Shown here: positions 17,952 through 27,891 of the stretch, one piece after another | Layout of the letters: every line of letters starts with the position of its first letter | How positions within the stretch are numbered: position 1 is the first letter of the stretch | The notes under the pieces: generated by a model | Told to the model about the DNA's origin: nothing | The model's database searches: none | The model's input: only the letters and a program-made list of their open reading frames with translations | Translations under genes and position numbers: made by a program | Source: Candidatus Binatia bacterium | GTDB taxonomy: Bacteria; Desulfobacterota; Binatia; HRBIN30 | DNA length: 64,000 nucleotides | Reading direction: 5' to 3' | Assembly (NCBI GenBank): GCA_038245295.1 | Contig: JBBRSP010000004.1 | Location: 32,001 to 96,000, forward strand

Positions 17952-20720
17952 CTAGGGCGTAGGCGTCGCCGTCGCTGTGTCCGTAGCCGTGCGCGTCGCG
18001 GTCGGCGTGCGAGTTGGACTTACCGTACGCGTCGGCGTCGCGCTGTTGGTGGCAGTGATCGAGGGTGTCGCGGTGATCGTCGGTGTCGCCGTCACGGTTC
18101 CGGTCTGGGTTCGTGTTCTTGTCCCGGTCACGGTCGGCGTCGCCGTCCGCGTCGGCGTCTGGGTAATGGTCGCGACGCGAACGACGATCTGCGACAGCGG
18201 CCCTAGGTTGCCCGCCTGGTCACGCAGCGTCACCGACAAGATCGATTCACCCTGCGGTAGAGCCTCCGTGGCGGTGAGATAGCTACAGAACTGTACCCGC
18301 GAGGTGCTGTTGATGAGCTTCGGGTCACGCGTCGGATCGGTAATCGTGCAAGGGTTCAGGGCGCTCGTCTGGGGATCGAACCGGCAAGCGAAATCCACCA
18401 AGGCATCGGTGACCATGCCATCGGCGTCGGTGAACTGCGGCGGATCGATCGCCGGGACACCACCTCCTCCGGCTGAGACCGGACCAACGTCACACACGGC
18501 GGCGCTACCGTTACCCAGCGGGCGGTTACTCTCGATCCATAGATCAGGGCGACCTGCTCCTGCCGGACCAAGGCTCGCCCCCGGCAATATGCCACTCGCA
18601 CCGGTCCCTCCCTCGATGACGATGAGGAACAAACCACTGCCAACCGAAAAGACCCGGCGCCCCTGCCCGTCGATCTCGGGGGTCGGCGTCGGCGTCAGCA
18701 CACAGCTCGAATTGCAGCAGCCAGTGCATCCGTCGACACTATTGAGAACCGAGAGGACGAGCACCTTCGGTCCCTGCCCGGTGGGCGTCGCCGACGGAGT
18801 TGCCGTTCGCGTCGCCGTCCACGTCGGCGTGCCGGTGTTGGGGTAGGTCGAGCTCGGCGTCGCGGTCGAGGTCACCGTCGCAGTGTCGCTTGGCGTCGAC
18901 GTCAGCGTTTCGGTGGGTGTCCACGTGGCAGTCGGACTAGACGTGCGCGTTCGCGTCGGCGTCCGCGTAATCGTTGGCGTCACGGTCGGCGTGGCAGTTA
19001 CTGTCGGTGTTTGCGTCAGGGTTGCGGTTGGCGTGTTCGTCATCGTACGCGTTGGCGTTGCGCTGCGCGTGCGGGTTTCGGAGGCGGTCGGCGTCGCCGT
19101 CGTAGTCGGAGACTGCGTCGCAGTCGACGTGCGGCTCGGCGTCGCCGTGAGGCTCGGCGTGTCGGTGAAAGTCGGCGTCTGGGTGGTCGTCAGCGTCAGG
19201 CTTGGGGTCGCACTCGAGGTCGGCGTTGACGTCACGCTGGGCGTGCTCGTCTCGGTGCCCGTCTGGGTTGCGGTCGCCGTCGCACTCGGCGACGCGGACG
19301 GAATCGCCGTCCGAGTCACCGTGGGCGATTGCGTCGCTGTGCCGGTCACGCTCGCTGTCGCTGTTTCGGAAGGGGTCGCGGTAGTAGTCGGAGTGTTCGA
19401 CGGTGTGTTGGTGATGGTCGGGGTCCGCGTCACGGTTGCGGTGCGGGTCGGACTCGCCGTCACGGTAAGCGTCGCTGTACGCGTCGGGGAGGCGGATGCG
19501 GTCGCCGTTCGCGTCGGTGTTGCTGTCGCGGTCGGGGTTGGTGTTTGGGTTACGGTTACGGTGCGCGATGGCGAGGCGGTCGGCTTCGGCGAGAAGGTAC
19601 GCGTTCCGGTGCGTGTCGGACTCGGAGTTCGCGTCGCCGTTTCGGTCGGTGTCGGGCTATCCGTCGGCGTCGGGGTACCTGTGGCGGTGGCCGTTTCACT
19701 CGAGGTCGGTGTCGGAGTGTCGCTCGGCGTGCGCGACGCGGTTGCCGAGGCACTGGCGCTCGGCGTCGGCGACGCGCTGGGCGGGGGCGACTCGGTTGGT
19801 GTGTTGGTCGGCGTGCGGGAAGCGATCGGCGACAACGTCGCCGTCGGCGTACGTGTTCCGGGTGCGGTTTGGGTCGGGGTATGACTGATCGTCGGGGTGC
19901 GCGTCACCGATCCAGTACGGGTGATCGTCGCCGTCAACGTCGGCGTGGCGGTAAGCCTGGGCGTCTGGGAAGGCGACACCGTGACCGTCGGGGTATCTGA
20001 AACGGTGGCGGTGGCCGTCGCCTGAGTCTCGGTTGGCGTCGGCGTATGGACGACCGGCGTGTTTGTTGTCGTGGCCGTGTCACTCGGAGTCGGCTCAGGC
20101 GTGTCGGTCACCGTCGCGGTGACGCTTGCCGTAGCCGTTGGCGTTGGCGACACCGTCGGTGAGTCGCTCGGCGACGGCGACGGCGACGGCGTAGTATTCG
20201 GCGTCGCCGTCGCGGTGGGGCTCCAGGTGCGGGTGACCGACTCCGTCGGCGACGACGTCTCCGTCCTTGACGGAGTCAGGGTCACCGTTGGCGGTTTGGT
20301 TCGCGTCGGCGTTGGCGACTCCATCGGCGTGTTGGTCGGTGTAACGGTCGCTGTCTCCGAGGGCGTGTCGCTCGGCGTCGCGGTTGGCAGCGCCCTCGCT
20401 GTCTCTGTGACCGTCGGTGTTGGCGTCGGCGTCAGGGTCGGAGCCTCCGTCGAAGTGGCGGTGGCAGTAGCGGTAGCATTTGGCCCGATCAGACTTGCGG
20501 CAATCAAGTCGGCCGCGGTTACCCGACCGTCCGAATTGGCGTCGAATGCCTCGCACTGCGGGTCTTCGTGGTTGAATACAGCCTGCACCAGCGCCCCGAC
20601 GGGTACTGGCGGTCCGTCCGGGCACGTCGGCGCGATGTTTGCGCCCATTGCCCGGACGGCGACTCCCAGGGACAGCGCGGCGGCGATCAGGCGAACTCGA
20701 ATGGGCACGGGGCTCCTCAT
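17952..20720 (-). CDS. Secreted mucin-like protein, paralogue with one intact EF-hand and an extra C-terminal Thr/Pro tail
   Basis: Signal peptide; [17 protein letters not shown]; Thr/Pro stalk; same head domain ([21 protein letters not shown]). Start overlaps the upstream stop (ATGA). Confidence 0.85.
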   Translation of the reverse strand: MRSPVPIRVRLIAAALSLGVAVRAMGANIAPTCPDGPPVPVGALVQAVFNHEDPQCEAFDANSDGRVTAADLIAASLIGPNATATATATSTEAPTLTPTPTPTVTETARALPTATPSDTPSETATVTPTNTPMESPTPTRTKPPTVTLTPSRTETSSPTESVTRTWSPTATATPNTTPSPSPSPSDSPTVSPTPTATASVTATVTDTPEPTPSDTATTTNTPVVHTPTPTETQATATATVSDTPTVTVSPSQTPRLTATPTLTATITRTGSVTRTPTISHTPTQTAPGTRTPTATLSPIASRTPTNTPTESPPPSASPTPSASASATASRTPSDTPTPTSSETATATGTPTPTDSPTPTETATRTPSPTRTGTRTFSPKPTASPSRTVTVTQTPTPTATATPTRTATASASPTRTATLTVTASPTRTATVTRTPTITNTPSNTPTTTATPSETATASVTGTATQSPTVTRTAIPSASPSATATATQTGTETSTPSVTSTPTSSATPSLTLTTTQTPTFTDTPSLTATPSRTSTATQSPTTTATPTASETRTRSATPTRTMTNTPTATLTQTPTVTATPTVTPTITRTPTRTRTSSPTATWTPTETLTSTPSDTATVTSTATPSSTYPNTGTPTWTATRTATPSATPTGQGPKVLVLSVLNSVDGCTGCCNSSCVLTPTPTPEIDGQGRRVFSVGSGLFLIVIEGGTGASGILPGASLGPAGAGRPDLWIESNRPLGNGSAAVCDVGPVSAGGGGVPAIDPPQFTDADGMVTDALVDFACRFDPQTSALNPCTITDPTRDPKLINSTSRVQFCSYLTATEALPQGESILSVTLRDQAGNLGPLSQIVVRVATITQTPTRTATPTVTGTRTRTQTGTVTATPTITATPSITATNSATPTRTVSPTRTPTATRTATDTATATPTP

Positions 20721-23098
20721 CGTAGTGGCGTCGGCGTCGCGACACGCACGACAATCTGTGCGGTTGGGCCAGGGTTGCCAAGAACGTCACGCAGCCGGGC
20801 CGTCAGTACCGTATCTCCCGGCGGGAACTGTGCGGTCGAGCCGACAAAGTCGCAAAACTGTGCCGAGGCATTGGGGCTGACCAGACGCGAATCGCGCCCG
20901 GCATCAACAATCGTACACGGGGCACCGGCGTTCACGGATGAGTCGAAGCGACAGGCAAAGTCGGCAAGGGCATCCCTAATGAGGATGCTTTGCGGCGCGA
21001 AACTCGGCGGATCGATTGCCGGAATGCCACCACCGCCGGCTGACGGTGAGCCGGTATCGCAAACCGCTGTGCTGCCATTGCCCAGGGGTCGTGAGGCGAT
21101 CACCCAGAGATCCGGACGACTGTCCGAGTTGAGCGAGTCGAGCGAGAGAGCCACGGCATTGCCGCTTGGCCCGACGGCGCCTTCGATCACCAGAACCACC
21201 TGTCCGGACAGTGAAAAGAAGACGCGGTGACCGAAGTTGTCGTACTCGGGTGCCGGCGTCGGGACCGCAGAGCAGCTCTGGTCGCAACAGAACACGCAGC
21301 CGTCAAAGCGCGTCAACGCGGCAAAGTAGACGATCGGCGGTCCGATGACCGACGGCGTTCGCGTCGGCGTGGCGGTCGAGGTTCGCGTGCGCGATGGCGT
21401 CGGCGTCGCGGTTGGCGAGCGCGTCAGCGAAGTGGTGGGCGACGGGGTCGGTGTGGGCGTCGCGGTCAGCGTCGGTGTGAAGGAGCGCGTCGACGTCGGC
21501 GAGCGGGTGAACGACGGGCTCGGTGTCGGTGTCGCGGTGCGCGTCGGCGTCAAACTCGGAGTCGGCGTGGCGGTCGGCGTTGGCGTCAACGTCACCGACG
21601 GCGAGCGGCTTGGCGTCGGGCTGCGCGTCGCTGTCGGGCTAGGGGCGGGCGGGCCGCCGGAAGTTGCACTGCGGCTCGGCGTCGACGTCACGGTTGCCGT
21701 CCGCGCTGTCGCGCTTTGGGTTGGACTGCCGCTGGGTGAGGCGCTCGTCGTCGGTCGCGTGGTTGCCACACGTGTAGCGGTGCGTGTCGCGCTGCTGGTC
21801 GGCGATGGGCTTGGGCTCGGCGGCGGCGTGATCGTGGCGCTAGCGGAAGGCGTTGACGTCGCCGTAAACGTCGTGGTCGCCGAGCCCGTGATCGACCGCG
21901 TCGGTGTTGCCGTGCGGGTCGTCGAGCTGGTGAAGGATGGCGTCGATGTGGGCATCGCCGTGCGAGTGAAGGACGGCGAACGCGTCATCGTTTGGGTCGA
22001 CGTGATGCTGCGAGTCGGTGTGGCCGTCGGCGTGACGGTCGATGTCGGTGTTTCAGTCGGCGTGGCAGTCGACGTCCAGCTGGGGCTTGGCGTCGCGGTG
22101 CGGGTCGCCGTCGCGGTCAGGCTGATCGTGACGGTCGCGGTGGCGCTATGCGTCGGCGTCGCCGTGATGCTTCTCGTCGCCGTGCCGGTTGCCGTCGGGC
22201 TGCCGCTCGGCAACGGCGTGCGGGTCGTCGTCGCCGTCGGAAGACGCGTCAGCGATGTCGTTGCGGTCGGCGACGCGGATCCGCTGGCGGTCGGCGTCGC
22301 CGTCAAGGTTGGCGTTTCGCTGCGCGTGCGCGACGGTGGCACCGGCTGAGTTGGGCTCGCGGTCGTGGTCGGCGTGCGGCTTGGCGTGTCGGTTCGCGTC
22401 GCTGTCGACTCACGCGTCTCGGTAGCGGTCGGTGAATCGGTGACACTCGCCGTCGGGGTAACCGTTGCCGTGTCGTTGGGTGTCGCCGTCGCGCTGGGCG
22501 TCCACGATCGCGTGCGTGTCGCGGGAATCGTAAAGGTAGGTGATTCAGTCGTGGTGGCGGTTCGCGTCGGAGGCAGCGTCCGTGTGGCCGTGTCACTGCG
22601 CGTTGCCGTCGCCGACGGGGTCAACGACGTAGGCGTTCCCGTCGGAGTCGCCGACTGGCTGCTGCTCGGCGATGGCGTCGCCGTCACCGTGGCGCTCGCC
22701 TCGGGTGAGGCTGTCTCAGTGGGCAGATTCGTCGGACTCGACTCAGCCGTTGGCGACTCGCTCGGAGTCGGCGTTGGCGACTCCGGCGCCATCGGTGTCT
22801 CACTCGGCTCCAGCGTCTGTGTTGGCGAGGCTGTTGGCGCGACTTGAGCCAACAATCGAACGACAGCCACGAGATCAGCGGCCGAGACACGTCCGTCCTG
22901 GTTGGAATCGCTACCGGCACAGGACGATTCGGTGGTCAACGCTAGAACCACGGCGTGCACGTCGCTCGGCGTAATCACGCCATCGCAGTCAGCGTCGCCT
23001 GGAAGCACCGCCGCGGCCGCGCGCAACGTGATGACTCCGCAGAGAAGCGCACCAGCGAGGACGCCACGTGTGCACGTATGTAAGTCGGTAAGTGCCAC
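20717..23098 (-). CDS. Secreted mucin-like protein, first paralogue
   Basis: Signal peptide; [15 protein letters not shown]...[17 protein letters not shown]; Thr/Pro/Ser stalk; same head domain ([21 protein letters not shown]). Confidence 0.85.
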   Translation of the reverse strand: MALTDLHTCTRGVLAGALLCGVITLRAAAAVLPGDADCDGVITPSDVHAVVLALTTESSCAGSDSNQDGRVSAADLVAVVRLLAQVAPTASPTQTLEPSETPMAPESPTPTPSESPTAESSPTNLPTETASPEASATVTATPSPSSSQSATPTGTPTSLTPSATATRSDTATRTLPPTRTATTTESPTFTIPATRTRSWTPSATATPNDTATVTPTASVTDSPTATETRESTATRTDTPSRTPTTTASPTQPVPPSRTRSETPTLTATPTASGSASPTATTSLTRLPTATTTRTPLPSGSPTATGTATRSITATPTHSATATVTISLTATATRTATPSPSWTSTATPTETPTSTVTPTATPTRSITSTQTMTRSPSFTRTAMPTSTPSFTSSTTRTATPTRSITGSATTTFTATSTPSASATITPPPSPSPSPTSSATRTATRVATTRPTTSASPSGSPTQSATARTATVTSTPSRSATSGGPPAPSPTATRSPTPSRSPSVTLTPTPTATPTPSLTPTRTATPTPSPSFTRSPTSTRSFTPTLTATPTPTPSPTTSLTRSPTATPTPSRTRTSTATPTRTPSVIGPPIVYFAALTRFDGCVFCCDQSCSAVPTPAPEYDNFGHRVFFSLSGQVVLVIEGAVGPSGNAVALSLDSLNSDSRPDLWVIASRPLGNGSTAVCDTGSPSAGGGGIPAIDPPSFAPQSILIRDALADFACRFDSSVNAGAPCTIVDAGRDSRLVSPNASAQFCDFVGSTAQFPPGDTVLTARLRDVLGNPGPTAQIVVRVATPTPLR

Positions 23099-23194
23099 GA
23101 TGTTGACGTCTAGGTGTCCCGGCGATTCGTTTTCAATCGCTCAACTTGGAATTGATTTGGCGGAAGTGCGGCATATTGTTGCACCTAGCTCGGC

Positions 23195-23653
23195 TCAATA
23201 GACGCCACCGAGCTTTCCATGATCCCAGCTGCTGATACGCTCCGCAGTGATGCGGATGACAACTCGCTTGCGCGCCTGGTGCATAAGGGCTTCGTCGATT
23301 CCCTCGGGAAACGAGCCCATCATTTTGCCATTCACACGTTTTAGTACCTCGAGCGCGGCGTGCGGATCGCGAATCAACTCGGCGGTACCGCGGATCAGCA
23401 CTCCCTTGAGGGTGTCGTAGGTATCACCCGTCTCCGCCATCAGCGCCACTTTCTGATTGCGCTCGATATTCTTGGTTTTCTGCGACTTGTTGTAGGTCGT
23501 CATGACCGCCACATCCCCGTCCATGAAAAACCACATGGCCACGGAATGCGGATAACCGTGCTGATCAATCGTCGACAACGTGATGGTTCGGACGTCATTG
23601 AGGAACGTCCGGCGTTCTTCCGGCGTCAGTTGGATCAAATCGCGACGGCTCAT
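23195..23653 (-). CDS. Pyridoxamine 5'-phosphate oxidase-like split-barrel flavin/F420-binding protein
   Basis: LSTID..GYPHSVAMWF, SQKTKNIERN.KV, GVLIRG, ISSWDH pattern. Confidence 0.85.
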   Translation of the reverse strand: MSRRDLIQLTPEERRTFLNDVRTITLSTIDQHGYPHSVAMWFFMDGDVAVMTTYNKSQKTKNIERNQKVALMAETGDTYDTLKGVLIRGTAELIRDPHAALEVLKRVNGKMMGSFPEGIDEALMHQARKRVVIRITAERISSWDHGKLGGVY

Positions 23654-23776
23654 GCAGTCATCCTTTCGTGCATAGACCGTGCACCGTAGAGCATGGGCAC
23701 CGCACAGTCAAAATAGAATCTGCACCAAGCTCTCGGGCGCTTGATTCGCGCCACCGCATATGTTGGATCAGTCACC

Positions 23777-24130
23777 ATGCGAAAAACGATTAGATTGACG
23801 GCAGTGACGCTGCTCGCCGCGAGTGTCACTTTCGCGCGACCCGCCGGCGCCGCCGACGCCGCCAAGGGCAAGGCCCTGTTCGCCGAGCGCTGCGCCTTTT
23901 GTCACGGCATGGCAGGCCATGGCGACGGAATCGCCGGCGCCACGCTTCAACCTCCTCCGACCAACTTTACCGCCGCCGATACATGGAAGAAGCTCACCCC
24001 CGAATTGATCAAATCGACCATCAGCGACGGCCGCCCGGGCACAGCCATGGTCGCGTTCAAGGCCACCCTGAGCCCGGAGCAGATCGACGATGTTGCGGCG
24101 CACATCCTAACGTTCAAGCCGGCGCCTTAA
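23777..24130 (+). CDS. Periplasmic monoheme class I cytochrome c
   Basis: Signal peptide, CAFCH heme motif, GRPGTAM distal Met ligand. Confidence 0.92.
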   Translation: MRKTIRLTAVTLLAASVTFARPAGAADAAKGKALFAERCAFCHGMAGHGDGIAGATLQPPPTNFTAADTWKKLTPELIKSTISDGRPGTAMVAFKATLSPEQIDDVAAHILTFKPAP

Positions 24131-24164
24131 TCACTCAACCGACGACCGGAACGCACGAACACGA

Positions 24165-26966
24165 TCAATCGGCGCCGCCTTCGGGAAGCAGCGCCATTGC
24201 CGCCGCCACACGTTGAGCCGCCTCCGGCTGATGCGCCAACGTGTACAACTGCCCCAGACGCTGCAACACGAGACGTGCCCCGGGAGGCGACGGCGCCGCC
24301 CACGCCTCGATCAACGCTCCTGCTTGCGAGACAGATTCAGGGCCCGGCTCCGAGCGGGCGCTGCGCAAAACGCCCAATAGAGTGCGGAAGTATTCGCCAC
24401 GCCGCACTGCCGGCACAAGATCAGCGTGTGCCAGGAGTTGAGGAACGAGGTCGCGCTCGCGACCTTGCAGCGACAACCAGGCGGCCAACACCGAAGACAA
24501 TGCGGGGTCCGCCGGCGCCACCCGACACCAGGCCGCCAGCAAACCAGATACATACTCGAAGTCCAACATGTCGGCGCGTTGCAGATAGGTCCATGCCTCG
24601 CCGAAAGCAGCGGCGTCCCACGCTACGAAGCGCGACACGTGCTCGTCGTCGGTGAAGTGGACGTGGGCCAAGCCTTGTGCCTGGCCACCGCTGTAGAAGG
24701 CGCGCGGCACACTGTACTCGAGGATCGGGTGCCGATCTTGATTGACCTTGCCGGGGTGGACGAATCGGGGTAACGCCGCCGCCGGTAACACCTCCAGACC
24801 AAGCACTGTCGTGGAACGCGTCACGCCGAGCTCCTGCAAACCGCTTGCCCGTGCCAAGGCGGCAGCGTCGGGATCCCGCAAGACCCCCTGGTCGTTGGCC
24901 GCAGCAATCACGAGGTCCCACGAGTTGGACTGAAAGACCCGCACGTAACGGAAGGTCGACTGCAGCGTCCGCAAGACGACGGCAACGTCCGCGTCCGACG
25001 ACTCGTAGGAATGGAACCACTGCACCAACACGCCGCCGAGAGCCAGACGATCAGCGATCTGCTCGAAGTACTCGTGTGTAAACAGGTTGCCGATCCCGGC
25101 TACCCAGGGATTCGAGGGCTCGCTGATCACAACGTCGTAAGGCTCGCCCTGGCTGTAAAGAAAGGTGCGCGCATCGTCGACGATCAGGCGTGTGCGCGGA
25201 TCGCCGAGCGGCTGATGGTTGACGTCGTGGAAGTAGCGTTCGGCGGCGATGACCTCGGAGGCGATCTCGACAACGTCGACCTCCTTCAATGGATGTTGCA
25301 ACAGCGCACCGACGGTCATGCCGCTGCCGTAGCCGATGACCAGCGCGCGGCGTGCCTGCGGCTGCAGGAGCACCGGCAGGTGCCCGAGCAGCAGTTGGGT
25401 GTCGGCGTCGCCGCGGCTGGACGCGTCGGCCTTGCCATTCACCCTCAGCGTCGTCTCACCGTCCTCCTGGCGTTCGACGCTCACCGTCGTCGTGGCGCCA
25501 TCGCGGTAGTACAGCAATTCCTGGATCAGGCTGTCGCGATACGAGGAGAAATCCTGCGCCGCGATTCCTTCATGCCGGCGAAACTCCCCTACCGATAACA
25601 GCTTCAGGTTCCATCCCCGAGCCAGGCCGCCACCAAGCGCCAATCCCGCCAATCCAAAGCCGACGCGGGCCAAGGCCATTGGTGCGCCGCGACGCCATTG
25701 GACGAGCGCCGCCAGGCCGATCAATACCGTGGCGCCGAGGAGAAAGGTCCCATGCAAACCAAGCAAGGGCATCAGCCATAACCCACCGCCGACGGTGCCT
25801 ACGATGGTCCCCAAGGTGTTCGCCGCCAGAACACGGCCGACAGGCTTCGACGACTCGCCCGTCGAGGCCGCCGCCTGGCTCAAGGCCGGGAACAGCAGGC
25901 CGCTCGAGATCGTCATCGGCAACATGACCAGCACCGAGACCACCAACATCATGGCCTGATGCGCCGCGAAGCCGCCGCCTTGCGCATGTACGATGTAGGT
26001 CAGACGCGCCACCCAGAACGGCAAGCGGTCGTACCAGGGCAACGAAACGAGCAGCACCGTCGCCGCCCACAAACACAATCCGACGAACCAGGCTTCGGCG
26101 CGGTCGTCCGGCGGCCGCAAGGCTCGGTAGAGCAAACTGCCAAGACCAATCCCGATGATGAATGCCGCCAGCATCACGGAAAACGCATACGAGGACGAGC
26201 CGAAAACCAAACTGCACAAGCGGATCCACGCGACTTCATAGAGCATGGCGACGGCACCACAGACGGCGGCCGCCAGCGCCACGCGCTGCGGCGAAAGACG
26301 CGACACGGCCGCCGCGTTCGGCGCCGTCGTTAAACGCGGAGCTCTCTCCGTCACCGTGAGTGAGGCGTCGAGACAATACGCCCCAACACCGATCAGGACG
26401 TTGATCAGCGCGGCGCCGACGACCGGCGCATCGAGGCCGAGCTGCGGCAAAAGCAGGAAGCCCGTGACAATGCTGCCAACGGCGGCGCCAAAGCTGTTGA
26501 CCGCGTACAGAAGCGCCACCGATCCACCGACACCGCCGCGGTCGCCTAGAACACGAGTCAGCACGGGCAGGGTCCCGCCCATCGCCAGGGTCGGTATCCC
26601 CATCGTAAGGGCACACGCGAGAATCTTTACCACCAGCCGCGTCACGCTGTGGTCGCCGAGCGACGACAGCGAGACCCAGTACAGATGCGTCAACGAATCG
26701 AACGTGGCGACAAAGGCCAAAGCGCTGAGTCCGATCGTCAACTCCAGATGGCCGTATAGTCGTAGAGGTCGCGCTGCCGTCTCGGCAAAGCCACCCCACA
26801 GGCGGGCGCCGCCGGCCAGGCCGGCCATGAAAACCGCCAACACCCCAACCTGCGCATACGCCGTGCTGCCGAGGAGTAGGGCGAAGTATTTTGCCCAAAC
26901 GACCTCGTAGACGAGACCTGTGAAGCCCGAGAGGAAGAACAACAGGGCGACGAGCGTGACTAACAT
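24165..26966 (-). CDS. Fused MFS-like membrane domain / spermidine synthase-like methyltransferase
   Basis: FFLSGFTGLVYEVVW, repeated YEVAW and NTLG membrane motifs, LRVNGKADAS, IGYGSGMT, VEI, DDAR, YDVVISEPSNPW. Confidence 0.9.
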   Translation of the reverse strand: MLVTLVALLFFLSGFTGLVYEVVWAKYFALLLGSTAYAQVGVLAVFMAGLAGGARLWGGFAETAARPLRLYGHLELTIGLSALAFVATFDSLTHLYWVSLSSLGDHSVTRLVVKILACALTMGIPTLAMGGTLPVLTRVLGDRGGVGGSVALLYAVNSFGAAVGSIVTGFLLLPQLGLDAPVVGAALINVLIGVGAYCLDASLTVTERAPRLTTAPNAAAVSRLSPQRVALAAAVCGAVAMLYEVAWIRLCSLVFGSSSYAFSVMLAAFIIGIGLGSLLYRALRPPDDRAEAWFVGLCLWAATVLLVSLPWYDRLPFWVARLTYIVHAQGGGFAAHQAMMLVVSVLVMLPMTISSGLLFPALSQAAASTGESSKPVGRVLAANTLGTIVGTVGGGLWLMPLLGLHGTFLLGATVLIGLAALVQWRRGAPMALARVGFGLAGLALGGGLARGWNLKLLSVGEFRRHEGIAAQDFSSYRDSLIQELLYYRDGATTTVSVERQEDGETTLRVNGKADASSRGDADTQLLLGHLPVLLQPQARRALVIGYGSGMTVGALLQHPLKEVDVVEIASEVIAAERYFHDVNHQPLGDPRTRLIVDDARTFLYSQGEPYDVVISEPSNPWVAGIGNLFTHEYFEQIADRLALGGVLVQWFHSYESSDADVAVVLRTLQSTFRYVRVFQSNSWDLVIAAANDQGVLRDPDAAALARASGLQELGVTRSTTVLGLEVLPAAALPRFVHPGKVNQDRHPILEYSVPRAFYSGGQAQGLAHVHFTDDEHVSRFVAWDAAAFGEAWTYLQRADMLDFEYVSGLLAAWCRVAPADPALSSVLAAWLSLQGRERDLVPQLLAHADLVPAVRRGEYFRTLLGVLRSARSEPGPESVSQAGALIEAWAAPSPPGARLVLQRLGQLYTLAHQPEAAQRVAAAMALLPEGGAD

Positions 26967-27778
26967 GCGCTGGCTTGGAAGGCGGCCGTCGTCAGGTCAA
27001 CGCCCGCGGTGAAGCCCAGGAGAGCGTGACGGAACAGCTCGGGCTGTTCGATGGGCAAGTTGTGCCCCGCCTCAGCCATCATCAGCAGTCGCGCATTCGG
27101 TAAAGCTCGCCGCAGTTTCACCGACCCGCCGGGCGGCGTGAGTTGGTCGTCGAGACCCTGCAGGATCAACACCGGCGTCGTCAGACGGTTCAGGTCGGCG
27201 GTCCAGTGGTAGTCGCTGACGGCGCGCGCAGCAGCGGCATAGCCGCGTGGATCACACTCAGCATTGCGCTGCCCCGTCGCCTGTACGACATCAGGATGTT
27301 TGGCGGCAAACGACGGCGAGAAGGAACGCGCGGCGCTCGCGGAGCGTGCATCGAATCCTTTTTCCTCGATCTGATCCGCCAGACGTTGCCAGGCGGCAAT
27401 CGACTTCTCGCCAACCTCGCTAGAGGTGCTCACCAGGATGAGCGATCGAGCGCGTGCGGGGAAATCGAGGCCAAAGCGCTGCGCGATGACACCACCCATC
27501 GAGTGGCCGGCGATGTGCGCCGATTCGAACCCGCAGGCATCCAGCACACCGGCCAAATCCCGCGCAAACATGGTCGGAGAATAGGGCCCGGCAGGTTTGT
27601 CCGATGCTCCGAAGCCTCGTATATCGAGGCGCACGACGCAGTGGTGCGCCTTCAACGTCTCGAGATGCGGTTCCCAATAACGCACGTCGGCACCGAGGCC
27701 ATGCAAGAGCACGAGTGGTGTGCCCTGCCCTTCCTGCTCGACGTTCAAGGAGCAGTCACCGACAGCAATACGAGCCAT
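26960..27778 (-). CDS. Alpha/beta hydrolase (enol-lactonase/MenH-like)
   Basis: LLHG, DIRGFGAS, nucleophile GHSMGG, G..D, GH. Confidence 0.9.
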   Translation of the reverse strand: MARIAVGDCSLNVEQEGQGTPLVLLHGLGADVRYWEPHLETLKAHHCVVRLDIRGFGASDKPAGPYSPTMFARDLAGVLDACGFESAHIAGHSMGGVIAQRFGLDFPARARSLILVSTSSEVGEKSIAAWQRLADQIEEKGFDARSASAARSFSPSFAAKHPDVVQATGQRNAECDPRGYAAAARAVSDYHWTADLNRLTTPVLILQGLDDQLTPPGGSVKLRRALPNARLLMMAEAGHNLPIEQPELFRHALLGFTAGVDLTTAAFQASAC

Positions 27779-27891
27779 GGGCGCGCTTCCTATCCGAAGC
27801 GACGCGCCAGGCCAAGCGACAAGCCCGGAGTCTGCTCCTGCCGACGCCGGAGACCGTCGATTTTCGGCGCTGTGTCGCTAAAGTCTGCCGG

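Noticed and set aside
15744..22847. Long plus-strand Val/Gly/Ala-rich ORFs (e.g. 16479-17894, 18883-19884, 21345-22349) that look like membrane or elastin-like proteins
   Set aside because: They are the antisense reading of Thr/Pro codons (ACN/CCN reads as GT/GG-rich); no RBS or domain. The same applies to 38238-39503 and 58962-59420.
15149..23098. Possible diversity-generating retroelement or CRISPR-like array in the repeated regions
   Set aside because: No reverse transcriptase or cas gene, no near-identical repeat pair differing only at adenines, and no constant repeat with unique spacers; the similarity is ordinary protein-level paralogy.
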